Positions 1 to 8,764 are shown, counted from the first letter of the stretch. The stretch is DNA of 24,000 nucleotides from Dyella sp. AtDHG13 (GCF_003201105.1 NZ_QICJ01000020.1:5542-29541); one strand, 5' to 3'. Numbers and translations: made by a program. Notes: generated from the letters alone by a model not told the origin.

Positions 1-555
1 ATTCCCGTGGAAGGCGTGAGCCTGCTGCAGTACTACTGGCGCGAAAAAGGCGCCGAGGATTCGGCCAGGGACCTCGATGCCCTGATCGCGCGCACCCTTG
101 CGCAGAACGGCAAGCAGCGCATCTGGCTGATCGGCTTTTCGTTCGGTGCCGACGTGCTGCCCACCATCGTGGGCAAGCTCAGCCCGGAAGGGCGCGCGCG
201 CATCGCCCAGGTCGTGCTGCTTTCGCCCAGCAAGGACGTGAACTTCGAGATCGAGATGGAAGGCTATATCTCGGCGCGCGAAGGCAAGTGGAAAACCTGG
301 ACCCAGGATTTCTTCCAGTGGGTCAACCCGGTCAAGCACTACGATGCGATGCCGCCGCTGGAAGCCCTGGCTGGCCAGCCGCCCGTGGTCTGCTACTACG
401 GCATCCAGGACAAGGCGGACACCATCTGCGCCGATCCCAAACTGCCATCGTGGGTGAAGGTGTACGAGAAGACCGGCGACCACCACTTCGACTACAACTA
501 CGAAGGGTTGGCGCAGCAGATGATCCACGACCTGCCGGCTGCGCCAACTCCCTAG
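1..555 (+). CDS. AcvB/VirJ-family alpha/beta hydrolase (virulence-factor family, lysyl-phosphatidylglycerol hydrolase-like), C-terminal part; 5' end lies left of the window
   Basis: Frame 1 is open from the window edge to TAG 553-555, with strong GC3. RIWLIGFSFGADVLP contains a G-x-S-x-G nucleophile elbow in the context I remember for the VirJ/AcvB C-terminal domain. GTG at 7 is only the first start-like codon inside the fragment. Confidence 0.7.
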   Translation: MPVEGVSLLQYYWREKGAEDSARDLDALIARTLAQNGKQRIWLIGFSFGADVLPTIVGKLSPEGRARIAQVVLLSPSKDVNFEIEMEGYISAREGKWKTWTQDFFQWVNPVKHYDAMPPLEALAGQPPVVCYYGIQDKADTICADPKLPSWVKVYEKTGDHHFDYNYEGLAQQMIHDLPAAPTP

Positions 556-561
556 GGATGC

Positions 562-1770
562 TCAGAGCTTGATCGTGCTCTGCGTGCCCTCGCGTTCGAT
601 CTGCAACTCCAACTGGCCGCTCGGCGTATACGCCAGCTGGTGGCGAAGCGCTTCGATATCGGCGGGTTCCACCGGCTTGCCATTGACCGATACCAGGACA
701 TCGCCCGGTTCGAGGCCTTCCGGAAGACTGTCGCTCGACAAGTTGACCGGGCCGATGAGAAGGTGGCCACTCTCCACGCTCAGTTCGATCAGCCGCAGGG
801 GCTTGGGGTCATTGCGCGTGAAGTGCCTGGCGTTGAAGCAGAACAGCATCTCGCTCGGTATGAAGGCGAAACGGTCGAAGCGGGAAAGGAAGTTCATGCC
901 GAGCGTGCTGCCTCCTCCCTCCTGGCTGGCAAACGTCTGCAACTGGCCGATTGGCAGGTCGCCCAAATGCAGGCCGTCCACCAGATAACTGTCGACCTCG
1001 TAGACGCCGTTGGCGGACATGCGGCTGAACTTGCCGATGTCCTCCACCGTGGCGCCTTGGTCCTTGAATATCTGGATATGGTCCAGCGGACTGACGGTGA
1101 ACGTGCTTCCGGTGTCGATCTTCATCGGGCCGCCATTGCCGTTGGCCAGCAGGATATTCAGGGAAGGGCTGCTGCCGAAAGCGTCCTCGTAGGGCGCGCA
1201 GCGCTCGTATCCCGCCGTCGACGGCGGCTGACTCCACACGGCCAGGGTGTGGGCGACATTGTCGAAGCCCCAGTTGAGCTGGCGAAAGGCATTGGCGCCC
1301 AGCAAGCCATCGACATGCGAGCCGTAGGACATGTCAAACATCGAGAGATCCACGCCGATCCACGGTACGCTGCTTGAGATCGTGCGGGCACCGATCTGGA
1401 TAGGTCGGGTTTCCCAGTACACCACCTGGTCCTGCTTGAGCGCCGTGCCGTCGATGACCGCAAGCCCGCCGACGTAATCCCGGAAGTATTCCGGAACGTC
1501 CTTGCTGGGCAGCGCCTTGGATAGGGCGGCGGCGCTGCGGTTGTCGATGAAGGTGTAAGGCGCGCCGGTATCGAGAATGAAGTGGTACGGCTTGCCGTCG
1601 ATGGTCACGGGCACCAGGGGCTGCGCGTAAGGACGCAGTGGCGTCGTCAGGATGGGGTCGTTCGCCGCCGTGGCGGATGCCGGGGATTGGTCTCCGGGCT
1701 GAGACGTGCACGCCGCAGCCAGACATGCGAAAGCGAGCGGCAGGGCGATCAGTGGTGTTTTCCTTGGCAT
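562..1770 (-). CDS. Secreted (possibly lipoprotein) tandem retropepsin-like aspartyl protease with C-terminal PDZ domain
   Basis: 402-aa ORF with N-terminal signal peptide MPRKTPLIALPLAFACLAAAC (lipobox-like, not canonical). Two D-T-G catalytic motifs (FILDTGAPYTFI and MKIDTGSTFTV) are each followed by a retropepsin-type LLGANAF / TLGMNFL segment. The C-terminus PGDVLVSVNGKPV is PDZ-like. Confidence 0.8.
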   Translation of the reverse strand: MPRKTPLIALPLAFACLAAACTSQPGDQSPASATAANDPILTTPLRPYAQPLVPVTIDGKPYHFILDTGAPYTFIDNRSAAALSKALPSKDVPEYFRDYVGGLAVIDGTALKQDQVVYWETRPIQIGARTISSSVPWIGVDLSMFDMSYGSHVDGLLGANAFRQLNWGFDNVAHTLAVWSQPPSTAGYERCAPYEDAFGSSPSLNILLANGNGGPMKIDTGSTFTVSPLDHIQIFKDQGATVEDIGKFSRMSANGVYEVDSYLVDGLHLGDLPIGQLQTFASQEGGGSTLGMNFLSRFDRFAFIPSEMLFCFNARHFTRNDPKPLRLIELSVESGHLLIGPVNLSSDSLPEGLEPGDVLVSVNGKPVEPADIEALRHQLAYTPSGQLELQIEREGTQSTIKL

Positions 1771-2306
1771 GGGTGCCGTGTCCTCTGTGGATAGGTGAGT
1801 GATGCCGCATGCGCGGGTGCAACGATCGGCGGGGAGGACATCTCGCTTGCCATGGCCGCATGCCCATGTGCGTTCACGGAACCCATGTGTTTCGTGCCGC
1901 TACGGGATTCATCGGCTTACGGCCCAGCGATGGCGTGGCGAACCGAGCGGCTGCGGCCCGAGCGCTCCCGGCATGGCAAGGGCAAGCGGGGCGGTCGCGT
2001 GGTTCGTGCGTCCCCGCCCGGTCGGTCCCGTCCGAGTCGTGTCGGCTATTAAGGGCGAGCCTTCGCCGGGTCACTATGGGATTCTTCCGATTCTTGATGG
2101 CGATGATCGGCGGGATACACGCCGACACGGCGGGCGCGCCACAGGCGAGGGCAGGCAAACCAGCGGACATTCGGGTGCGATAACCGCGTACGCCCTCACG
2201 TATATAGGAAAAATCCTACTTATCGCCGCTCAGACCCTTCTTACCATGCGTGTCGTCGCTGTCGACTGACAGCCAGGGACGGCCGGCACGGTGCCAGGAG
2301 GGTTGG

Positions 2307-2933
2307 ATGATCATTTGGGGAAGCGGTGGCGGGCTATGCATCGCCGGTGACGCGGGCGTGCGGGATTGCCCGATCTGTCAAAGCGCGCAGCGGTTCGACT
2401 TCAGCGTCAGCTACCGCTATGCGCATATCTGGTACGTCTTCAGCTGGGTCACCCGCCGGAAATACCTCGCCATCTGTTCGCGCTGCCACAACGGCGTGGC
2501 GATAACCAAACAGGCATTCCAGGCCAGCGTGACCAGGGACCCGATCCCTGTCATGCGCCGGCGCGGTTGGCTGATGATCCCGGCCATCGTCGCACTCGTG
2601 CTCGTCGCTGGCGCGCTGCAGGAGCGGCAGCAAGGCGACCCCGCGCTGGTTGCGAATTACCATCGCGCGGTGATGCAAGCCATCCAGACCCACTGGCTGC
2701 GCCCCGACAACACACCCGCATCGCCGTGCAAGGTGCGCGTCACGCTGCAGCGCGGCGGTTACGTCACCGGCGTCGACGTTGAGCCGGATTGCCCTTACGA
2801 CGAAGCGGGAAGGCGCTCCGTAGTCGAGGCCGTGCGGCGTGCCGATCCGCTGCCTTACAAAGGCTACGAGCAGGCGTTCCATCCCAGCATGGTGCTCACC
2901 TTCGTGTCGATGCCGGATGCATCGCATCCGTAG
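2307..2933 (+). CDS. Membrane-anchored protein: N-terminal 4-Cys zinc ribbon, one TM helix, C-terminal TolA/TonB-C-like domain
   Basis: AGGAGG at 2296-2301 lies 5 nt before ATG 2307; the ORF-track start 2250 has no SD. CPICQ...CSRCH forms a zinc ribbon. TM segment is WLMIPAIVALVLVAGAL. The C-terminal pattern (IQTHWLRP..C.V.V.L...G.V..V.V...C..D...SV.EAV.RA.PLP) resembles TolA domain III / TonB_C. Confidence 0.7.
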   Translation: MIIWGSGGGLCIAGDAGVRDCPICQSAQRFDFSVSYRYAHIWYVFSWVTRRKYLAICSRCHNGVAITKQAFQASVTRDPIPVMRRRGWLMIPAIVALVLVAGALQERQQGDPALVANYHRAVMQAIQTHWLRPDNTPASPCKVRVTLQRGGYVTGVDVEPDCPYDEAGRRSVVEAVRRADPLPYKGYEQAFHPSMVLTFVSMPDASHP

Positions 2934-2961
2934 CGGCTCGCCAGCTTTCAAGGCCGCACCA

Positions 2962-3759
2962 ATGGAAATTCGGGAACCTATGAGCGTCACCGTTCACAAC
3001 GGCCAAGGCATGGGCATCGCAGCCTGGCTGGCTGGGCTGATGTCCTTTTCGGGCAGCGCGCCGCGCAGAGCCATGATCGGCACGGTTTGCATGCTGTTGC
3101 TCTGCCTTACCGTGGTGCGCGTCTATGGCACGCTTTGGTGGTTGCCAAGCCAGCTCGTCGTGGCGGGCACGTTGCTGGGGTTGCTATGGATATTCGCCGC
3201 CACCAGCGTGCGTCGCCTGCATGATATCGGGCGTAGCGGGCACTGGTTCTGGGTGCTTTTGATGCCCGTGGTATCGCAGTGCGCGACGATCCTGCTCTGC
3301 TGCCAGCCCACCCGCAAGGACGGCAACCCGTTCGCCCAGCATCCGCCGGCATACGACAAGCTGGCGCCACCCATGTGGCAGCGTGTGGTGCTGTGCCTGG
3401 CGCTTGCGTGGCTGCTTTTCTGCTTTGTGATTGCCGGTGTCGAGAGGGGTCCCACCGATCAGGAGCGTTGCCTCGAATTGCTCGCCACGTGCGCGTTGCC
3501 GATGTACGTGCTCTGGATGCCCTGGTGGCTGTGGATCACCTTCAGGGATCGACGCAGCACCGAACCTTCGCGATTCTGGCCGCGACGCCTGCTGGTGGCC
3601 GTTTCCGTGACATGGCTGCTGTGCGTGCTGTGCATTGCGCTTGGCGACGAGTCGATGGCGGAAGCGTTGATCGTGCTGCTCCTGTTCGGTATCGCCCCCG
3701 TGGGCCTGCTGTGGCTGGCCTATGGGCTGCTGCGCATGGCGTATCGCCGAACCACGTAG
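2962..3759 (+). CDS. DUF805-family inner-membrane protein with additional C-terminal TM segments
   Basis: SVRRLHDIGRSGHWFWVLL matches the DUF805 signature (RRLHD.G.SGWW) and there are several hydrophobic helices. Start is ambiguous (ATG 2962 or ATG 2980); the ORF-track start 2839 would overlap the upstream gene. The stop TAG 3757-3759 lies inside the first REP-like repeat. Confidence 0.7.
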   Translation: MEIREPMSVTVHNGQGMGIAAWLAGLMSFSGSAPRRAMIGTVCMLLLCLTVVRVYGTLWWLPSQLVVAGTLLGLLWIFAATSVRRLHDIGRSGHWFWVLLMPVVSQCATILLCCQPTRKDGNPFAQHPPAYDKLAPPMWQRVVLCLALAWLLFCFVIAGVERGPTDQERCLELLATCALPMYVLWMPWWLWITFRDRRSTEPSRFWPRRLLVAVSVTWLLCVLCIALGDESMAEALIVLLLFGIAPVGLLWLAYGLLRMAYRRTT

Positions 3760-4026
3760 CCCGGATGAAGCGCAGCGTAATCCGGGGCGACCCGCGAAAG
3801 CGTATCGGCAGTAGCGATACTTGAAGGCCGCATTCCTGAAGTGGCTGCGACCGCGCCGCATTCCCGGATTCCGCCGATGGCTCCATCCGGGCTACGTGTG
3901 GCTGTCGCACCGCCGAACCAAGTAGCCCGGATGAAGCGCAGCGGAATCCGGGGCAACCCGCGAAAGCACATCGGCAGTAGCGGGACCTGCAGGCCGCATG
4001 TTCTAAAGCGGATGCAGCCACGCCGC
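3745..4026. repeat. REP/BIME-like repeat cluster: ~115-bp unit duplicated directly (3745-3859 and 3911-4026) with an inverted partial copy between them
   Basis: Hairpin core CCCGGAT-N13-ATCCGGG at 3760-3786 and 3926-3952. The inverted copy has a 15-nt spacer at 3863-3891. The two long units align by eye at most positions (cgccgaaccaNgtagcccggatgaagcgcagcgNaatccggggcNacccgcgaaagc..atcggcagtagcg...). Confidence 0.85.
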
Positions 4027-4051
4027 TACGGGCGCTCGAACCATCACGCCC

Positions 4052-5299
4052 TCACATCGGCGAACACCCCTTGGCTTCAAAATCGGCCTTGGACATATAA
4101 GTGACCGTAGGCAGATAAGGCCCCATGACCAGCGCGCTCGTTGCCGCGGCGACGGGCAATGGCACGTTCTGTATCGCGTGCGTGAAGGACGGATCCGGCA
4201 GCATGTTGCGCAATATCAGGAATCCATCATTGGTGTGGCCGTCGCCATCGCCGGCTTCGGACCAGTGCAGCCAGTTGAAGCCGCAATTGGGCACGGCATT
4301 GGATGGCCGGTCGGCGGTCTGGCTGATCGCGATGGTGTAGTTGCCTGTGCTATCGGTGATCAGGCCCTGATCGAAGGCGCAATCGGTGGTGGCTTCGGTA
4401 TAGAACTCGTAAGTGCACAACGACCAGTAGCGCATGTTGCCTGTGCCCATCACGGCGGCGTTCGGCAAGGTTTGCGGCGTGGTGGGCCGCAGCCCGGTCA
4501 CGACCGCCACCGTGCCGTAGTTCCGGCTCAGCGATGCTTCGAGATACGCATTGTCCGGGTTCGCAAAACCGTCCACCAGCGCCGCCATCAGGATCAGGCG
4601 TGTCTGCAACCACACCACCACAGGCAGGGGCGGATCAGCCAGGCGCACGGGCAGGTAGGCGAGCTGGCCGATGATGGTGGTTGGAATCAGCGACTGCGAC
4701 GCCTGTGCCGCGCTGCAGGCTGCGCTGCCTGTAGTGATGGAGCCATCGGCGTTGTGGATGCTCATGGCCGGCAGGGCGACGCCGCCTGCTTCGTCGAGGC
4801 CGTTGTCCGGCACGTACACGCGATACATCACCGTCATGGTTTGGTCGGTGGTGCCGGAATAAAGCGTGTTCGCCGCTGGCGATGACGGCGCATTGCCCGC
4901 CGCCAGCTGCACGGTGTAGTTCGTGGGCGAGCTGCCATAGCGCGGCGCGCCGGCAACGAAGGGATTGATGGAACCCGCGTCCGGCTGGATGCCGATATCG
5001 GGAAGATCACTCACCGGCGTTGCATTGGCGGTGTGGTAGCTGATCAACGACATGTAACGCGCCACCGGATACGTGCCATTGAGCACCACGCTGGCGCCGG
5101 CGGGTATGACGAACTGCGCTGTCCAATAGGCGGCATGCGTATCGGGGTAGGGCGGCTGGTTGTAGACCGGCAAGTCGGCCACCGAATAAGGTCCTTGCCA
5201 GAAACACGTATGGAGTCCAGGGTTGGCGCGCAGCACGCCCGGAGCGAACAGCGAGGCAAGAAACGCCAACCCGGGAAACAGCAAGCGTGAGAGACGCAT
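4052..5299 (-). CDS. Secreted protein of unknown function
   Basis: GGAGGG lies 6 nt upstream of ATG 5299 (minus strand). Signal peptide MRLSRLLFPGLAFLASLFAPGVLRA; good GC3. The motif string RYWSLCTYE ... NWL ... GFLILRNMLP is weakly reminiscent of DUF1214-type domains (recall only). Confidence 0.6.
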   Translation of the reverse strand: MRLSRLLFPGLAFLASLFAPGVLRANPGLHTCFWQGPYSVADLPVYNQPPYPDTHAAYWTAQFVIPAGASVVLNGTYPVARYMSLISYHTANATPVSDLPDIGIQPDAGSINPFVAGAPRYGSSPTNYTVQLAAGNAPSSPAANTLYSGTTDQTMTVMYRVYVPDNGLDEAGGVALPAMSIHNADGSITTGSAACSAAQASQSLIPTTIIGQLAYLPVRLADPPLPVVVWLQTRLILMAALVDGFANPDNAYLEASLSRNYGTVAVVTGLRPTTPQTLPNAAVMGTGNMRYWSLCTYEFYTEATTDCAFDQGLITDSTGNYTIAISQTADRPSNAVPNCGFNWLHWSEAGDGDGHTNDGFLILRNMLPDPSFTHAIQNVPLPVAAATSALVMGPYLPTVTYMSKADFEAKGCSPM

Positions 5300-5560
5300 G
5301 ACCAACCCTCCAGTGGCTTGCATCGCGCGCGAGGAAGCGCGGCGTGAATGCCGTGAGTGAAAGGACGTGGAGAAGGGCGCCTATGGCGAGTGCTTACTGT
5401 GCGCCGCGTGGCGCAGCCTGTCCATTTGCCAAAACTACTCACGCGGTCGTCCGCAAATGTACGCGACGTGGGCTTGATCCAGATGATGCTGTTGGAGTCA
5501 TGCGGCACATGCTGTTGATCGATCCACGTTTGTCCGTGCGGAGTGCTTTTCCCAGCGAAG

Positions 5561-5626
5561 TCGGTGCGCTTTCGCGGCAGGTCCCGGATTCCGCCGGTGG
5601 CTTCATCCGGGCTACCTGTGTCGCAC
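5561..5626. repeat. Fourth copy (inverted orientation) of the REP-like element seen at 3745-4026
   Basis: tcggtgcgctttcgcgg..cccggattccgccggtggcttcatccgggctacctgtgtcgcac. Hairpin CCCGGAT (5583-5589) / ATCCGGG (5605-5611). It sits just downstream of the stop of the 5631-6626 gene. Confidence 0.8.
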
Positions 5627-5630
5627 GCAC

Positions 5631-6626
5631 TCATGGCGACAGCGGAACGGACTGGATATCGAACGGTACGTTGCGCGGTATGCCGGCATCGTCACCCTTG
5701 TGCGCGAACAGCAGGCTGTACTTCGACTCGATGAAGTACACGCGGCCGTTGGCGATGACGCCCGACGAGGGATCGTTGAGCCCGGCCACTAGCGTGACCA
5801 GCGAGTCGGCATGGTTGCCCGATAGCGCCGCCAGCGAGATCTGCCCGCCGTAGGGGCCATCGTGGCCGAAGGCATTGCTTTCGAAGATCACCAGCCGGCC
5901 GTGCCCAGCCGAGCGGATGGCATCGGCGTTCTTCAGCATGCGTGGCATGTCGATGCGCGTCACCGCGCCGGCGCTGCCGTCCGCGCGCATGTCGATGCGC
6001 AACAGATAGGGCGCGGCCGTCACCGTGCTCACGTAGATGCTGTCGCCATCGATGGCGATGCCATTGAGCTTGAAACCCTCCGCACCGGCAATGAAGGAAG
6101 CATCCTGCTTCCACAGTTCGAGCGCGGTGTCGCCGTCGCGCCAACGGAAGACACGCGGCTGCAACGAATCGGTGATGTAGAGGCGGCCCTGCGCATCCTG
6201 CGCCAGATCGTTGCAGTAGCCCTTGTCAGGCAGCTCGTAGCTCGCGCGCGCCGCGCCGGTGGCAAGGTCGTAGCTCTTCAGCGCGCTCGGGTTCGTGGGC
6301 ACGGTGGTGTAGCCCAGCGTGCCGGAGCAGATCCACAACAGGCCGCGGCGCGTATCCACCAGCACGCCTTGTCCATTGGACAAGCCGTTGGCGCCGGGCG
6401 TCACCAGTACCTCCGGCCGATCCGCGCCGGGCCGGATGCGTGCCACCGCGCCCTGGCGCCAGCTGCCCACATAGAAGGTGCCGTCCGGTGCCGCAGCGAT
6501 GCTTTCGGGGTACCAGTCGGCCGGCAAGGGGCGCGTGGAAAGCGGGGCGTCGGTGGCGTGGCCGGCGGCGGCGAAGCTAAGCGCGCAGGCCAGGGCAAGG
6601 CGGCGCAGCAGGGCGGCTGTGGTCAT
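5631..6626 (-). CDS. Secreted beta-propeller protein, SMP-30/gluconolactonase/LRE-like (SGL) type
   Basis: 331-aa ORF with signal peptide MTTAALLRRLALACALSFAAAGHA. Recurrent blade-like segments (PDGTFYVGS, RGLLWICS, QGRLYITDS, GDSIYVST, GRLVIFES, NGRVYFIES). Divergent from a LysR gene. Confidence 0.6.
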   Translation of the reverse strand: MTTAALLRRLALACALSFAAAGHATDAPLSTRPLPADWYPESIAAAPDGTFYVGSWRQGAVARIRPGADRPEVLVTPGANGLSNGQGVLVDTRRGLLWICSGTLGYTTVPTNPSALKSYDLATGAARASYELPDKGYCNDLAQDAQGRLYITDSLQPRVFRWRDGDTALELWKQDASFIAGAEGFKLNGIAIDGDSIYVSTVTAAPYLLRIDMRADGSAGAVTRIDMPRMLKNADAIRSAGHGRLVIFESNAFGHDGPYGGQISLAALSGNHADSLVTLVAGLNDPSSGVIANGRVYFIESKYSLLFAHKGDDAGIPRNVPFDIQSVPLSP

Positions 6627-6655
6627 CGTGATCTCCCTATGGCGGATGGCAGGGA

Positions 6656-6683
6656 TTGTTGTTGGCCACTTCTGGTCTATAAA
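6656..6683 (+). promoter_or_regulatory. Candidate sigma70-type promoter for the LysR gene (TTGTTG-N16-TATAAA)
   Basis: TTGTTG at 6656-6661 and TATAAA at 6678-6683, about 40 nt upstream of ATG 6723, in the 96-bp divergent intergenic region. Sequence match only. Confidence 0.3.
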
Positions 6684-6722
6684 TGCGCTTCCTGTTCCTT
6701 CACTCCACAGCGGGACTTTGGA

Positions 6723-7604
6723 ATGGACCGATTAACCAGCATGGAAGTGTTCGTCCGCGTGGTGGAGAAAGGCAGCTTCGCGGCCGTGGCGGAAGAGTGG
6801 GACCTGTCCACCACCATGGTCGCCAACCATGTGCGCGCGCTGGAGCAACACCTCGGCGCGCAACTGCTCGAGCGCACCACGCGCCGCCATCACCTCACGG
6901 AAATCGGCGCGGCCTATCTGGAGCGTTGCCGCGATGTGCTCAGCAGCGTGCAGGCGGCCGATCAGGTCGCCGAAGCCTTGCGTGCGGAACCGCAAGGCAC
7001 GCTGCGCGTGACCGCACCCGTCACCTGGGGCGCGCATCGGCTGATGCCGGTGGTCGGCGCTTACATGGCGAAGTACCCCGCCGTGCAGGTGGAGCTGAAC
7101 CTCAACGATCGCGTGGTCGACCTGCACGAAGAAGGGGTGGACGTGGCTTTCCGCTCGGGCCCGCTGCACGATGACAACCTGGTGGCGCGGCCGCTCGCGC
7201 CCTCGCGCATGTTCGCGGTAGCCAGCCCGGCCTACCTGCAAGCCCATGGCGTGCCGCGGGAACCCGGCGACCTGCACGCTCACGCCTGCCTGGGCTTTGC
7301 GGCCTGGGGACGCGACCACCACTGGCGCTTCACCCAAGGCGAGCGCCACGTGGATGTGCCCGTGCGCGGACCGCTGATGTGCAACAACGGACAGGCCCTG
7401 CTCACGGCGGCCCTGCACGGCGTCGGCGTGGTGGTGCAGGCGGACGTGCTGCTGTCGCCGTCGATCGCCACCGGAGAGCTGATACAGCTGCTGCCGGACT
7501 GGGAACTGCCGGTGCGGCACCTGCATATCGTGCGCCGGCGCGAGGCGCGTCCTACGGCCAAGCTGCGCACTTTCGTCGATTTCGCACTGCAGAGATTGGG
7601 TTGA
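6723..7604 (+). CDS. LysR-family transcriptional regulator
   Basis: Begins MDRLTSMEVFVRVVEKGSFAAVAEEWDLSTTMVANHVRALEQHLGAQLLERTTRR (LysR wHTH) and continues with a LysR substrate-binding domain. The ORF-track entry 5862-7604 is an in-frame upstream extension antisense to the 5631-6626 gene. Stop TGA 7602-7604. Confidence 0.9.
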   Translation: MDRLTSMEVFVRVVEKGSFAAVAEEWDLSTTMVANHVRALEQHLGAQLLERTTRRHHLTEIGAAYLERCRDVLSSVQAADQVAEALRAEPQGTLRVTAPVTWGAHRLMPVVGAYMAKYPAVQVELNLNDRVVDLHEEGVDVAFRSGPLHDDNLVARPLAPSRMFAVASPAYLQAHGVPREPGDLHAHACLGFAAWGRDHHWRFTQGERHVDVPVRGPLMCNNGQALLTAALHGVGVVVQADVLLSPSIATGELIQLLPDWELPVRHLHIVRRREARPTAKLRTFVDFALQRLG

Positions 7605-8764
7605 TGGAAGCTGCGGCGTATCGCGCGGGCCCGCAGCGCAACGCGGGCATCGACCTGTTGCGCGGACTGTCCATCCTGCTCGTGGTGTTGCATCACATCG
7701 GCCTGCGCATTCGCCTCAGCAAGGCGGCGTTGGGCGACGTGCTGCCGGAGACGCTGCTCAACGCCCTGAACTTCAATGGCTACGAAGCCGTCTTCATCTT
7801 CTTCGTCATTTCCGGTTTCCTGATTGCGAGCCATGCACTGCGCCGCAGTGGTGAGCTGGCCAACATCGACTTGCGCTCCTTCTACGCACGCCGTTTTTCG
7901 CGCATCGCGCCGTGCCTGCTGGCGCTGGTCGCCGTGCTAAGCCTGCTGCATCTGCTCGGCGTGCAGGACTACGTGATCCACCGTGAAGGGCAAACACTGC
8001 CGCGAGCCATCGTGGCGGCGCTGGGCTTTCACCTGAACTGGTATGAGGGCATGACGGGCTATTTGCCTGGCGGTTGGGACGTGCTGTGGTCGTTGTCGAT
8101 CGAAGAAGTGTTCTATCTCGCCTTCCCGATCGTTTGCCTGCTCACACGCCGCAGGTGGATGCTGGTGCTGTTGCTGCTCGTGCTGGCCTTGTCGCTGCCA
8201 TGGACACGCGCGGCCCTCGCCGACAACGAGATCTGGCAGGAGAAGGCCTACCTGCCGGGCATGGCGGCCATTGCTACCGGCATACTCGGTGCCTTGCTGG
8301 TGCATCGCTGGGCCACGGTGCGACGAGGCCTTGCCTACGTGCTCGGTGTGGCCGGCGGCCTTGGACTGTATCTGGTGATGTTCCAGGGCCGCCTGCTGTG
8401 GTCGCTGCTGCATGACGGTTACATGCTGGTGCTTACCGGTGCCGCGTTGTGCCTCGTGCTGGCCAGCGCATGGGCACGGCACGATCGCGCACCCTGGCTT
8501 GGACTAGCCTGGCTGCGCTCATGGGGACGCCTGAGCTACGAGATCTACCTCACCCATATGTTCGTGGTGTTCGCTGTGGTCCGCCTCTACAAGGCGACTG
8601 GAAGCGACGTCGCGCACGGCTATCTTTGGTATCTGCCGGCGCTGCTCGCGTGCTGGGTGCTGGGAAAGTTGCTGGAGCGCTTGATTTCGGCGCCTTCGGA
8701 ACGATGGCTGCGTTCACGGTGGTTGCACGGCGCGACACCTGCTGCGGTAGCTCTGCAGTCATAG
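7604..8764 (+). CDS. Acyltransferase family 3 (integral-membrane O-acyltransferase)
   Basis: ATG 7604 overlaps the LysR stop (TGATG). NAGIDLLRGLSILLVVLHH is the typical acyltransferase_3 N-terminus. About 10 hydrophobic helices. Confidence 0.8.
   Translation: MEAAAYRAGPQRNAGIDLLRGLSILLVVLHHIGLRIRLSKAALGDVLPETLLNALNFNGYEAVFIFFVISGFLIASHALRRSGELANIDLRSFYARRFSRIAPCLLALVAVLSLLHLLGVQDYVIHREGQTLPRAIVAALGFHLNWYEGMTGYLPGGWDVLWSLSIEEVFYLAFPIVCLLTRRRWMLVLLLLVLALSLPWTRAALADNEIWQEKAYLPGMAAIATGILGALLVHRWATVRRGLAYVLGVAGGLGLYLVMFQGRLLWSLLHDGYMLVLTGAALCLVLASAWARHDRAPWLGLAWLRSWGRLSYEIYLTHMFVVFAVVRLYKATGSDVAHGYLWYLPALLACWVLGKLLERLISAPSERWLRSRWLHGATPAAVALQS

Noticed and set aside
1874-2170. 98-aa minus-strand ORF with a signal/lipobox-like start (MSAGLPALACGAP...) in the long intergenic region
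   Set aside because: The rest of the product is an Arg/Pro/Ala-rich string, there is no SD, and overlapping ORFs of similar length exist in other frames. It is most likely a GC-frame artefact.
2128-2200. c-di-GMP-I (GEMM-I)-like riboswitch suggested by CACAGGCGAGGGCAGGCAAACC
   Set aside because: Only the GGCAAACC word matches. The second conserved half (ACGCAAAGC with its pairing partner) is absent (GUGCGAUAACC instead). The best -10-like AT island lies downstream of it, so it would not be in the leader.
3542-4104. ORFs crossing the REP cluster (3542-4021 -, 3720-3971 -, 3841-4104 +) and 5439-5630 -
   Set aside because: Their recurring peptide words (VARMKRSGIRG, PGYVV/ATWF) are simply translations of the repeated hairpin element in different orientations. 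They are not independent coding evidence.
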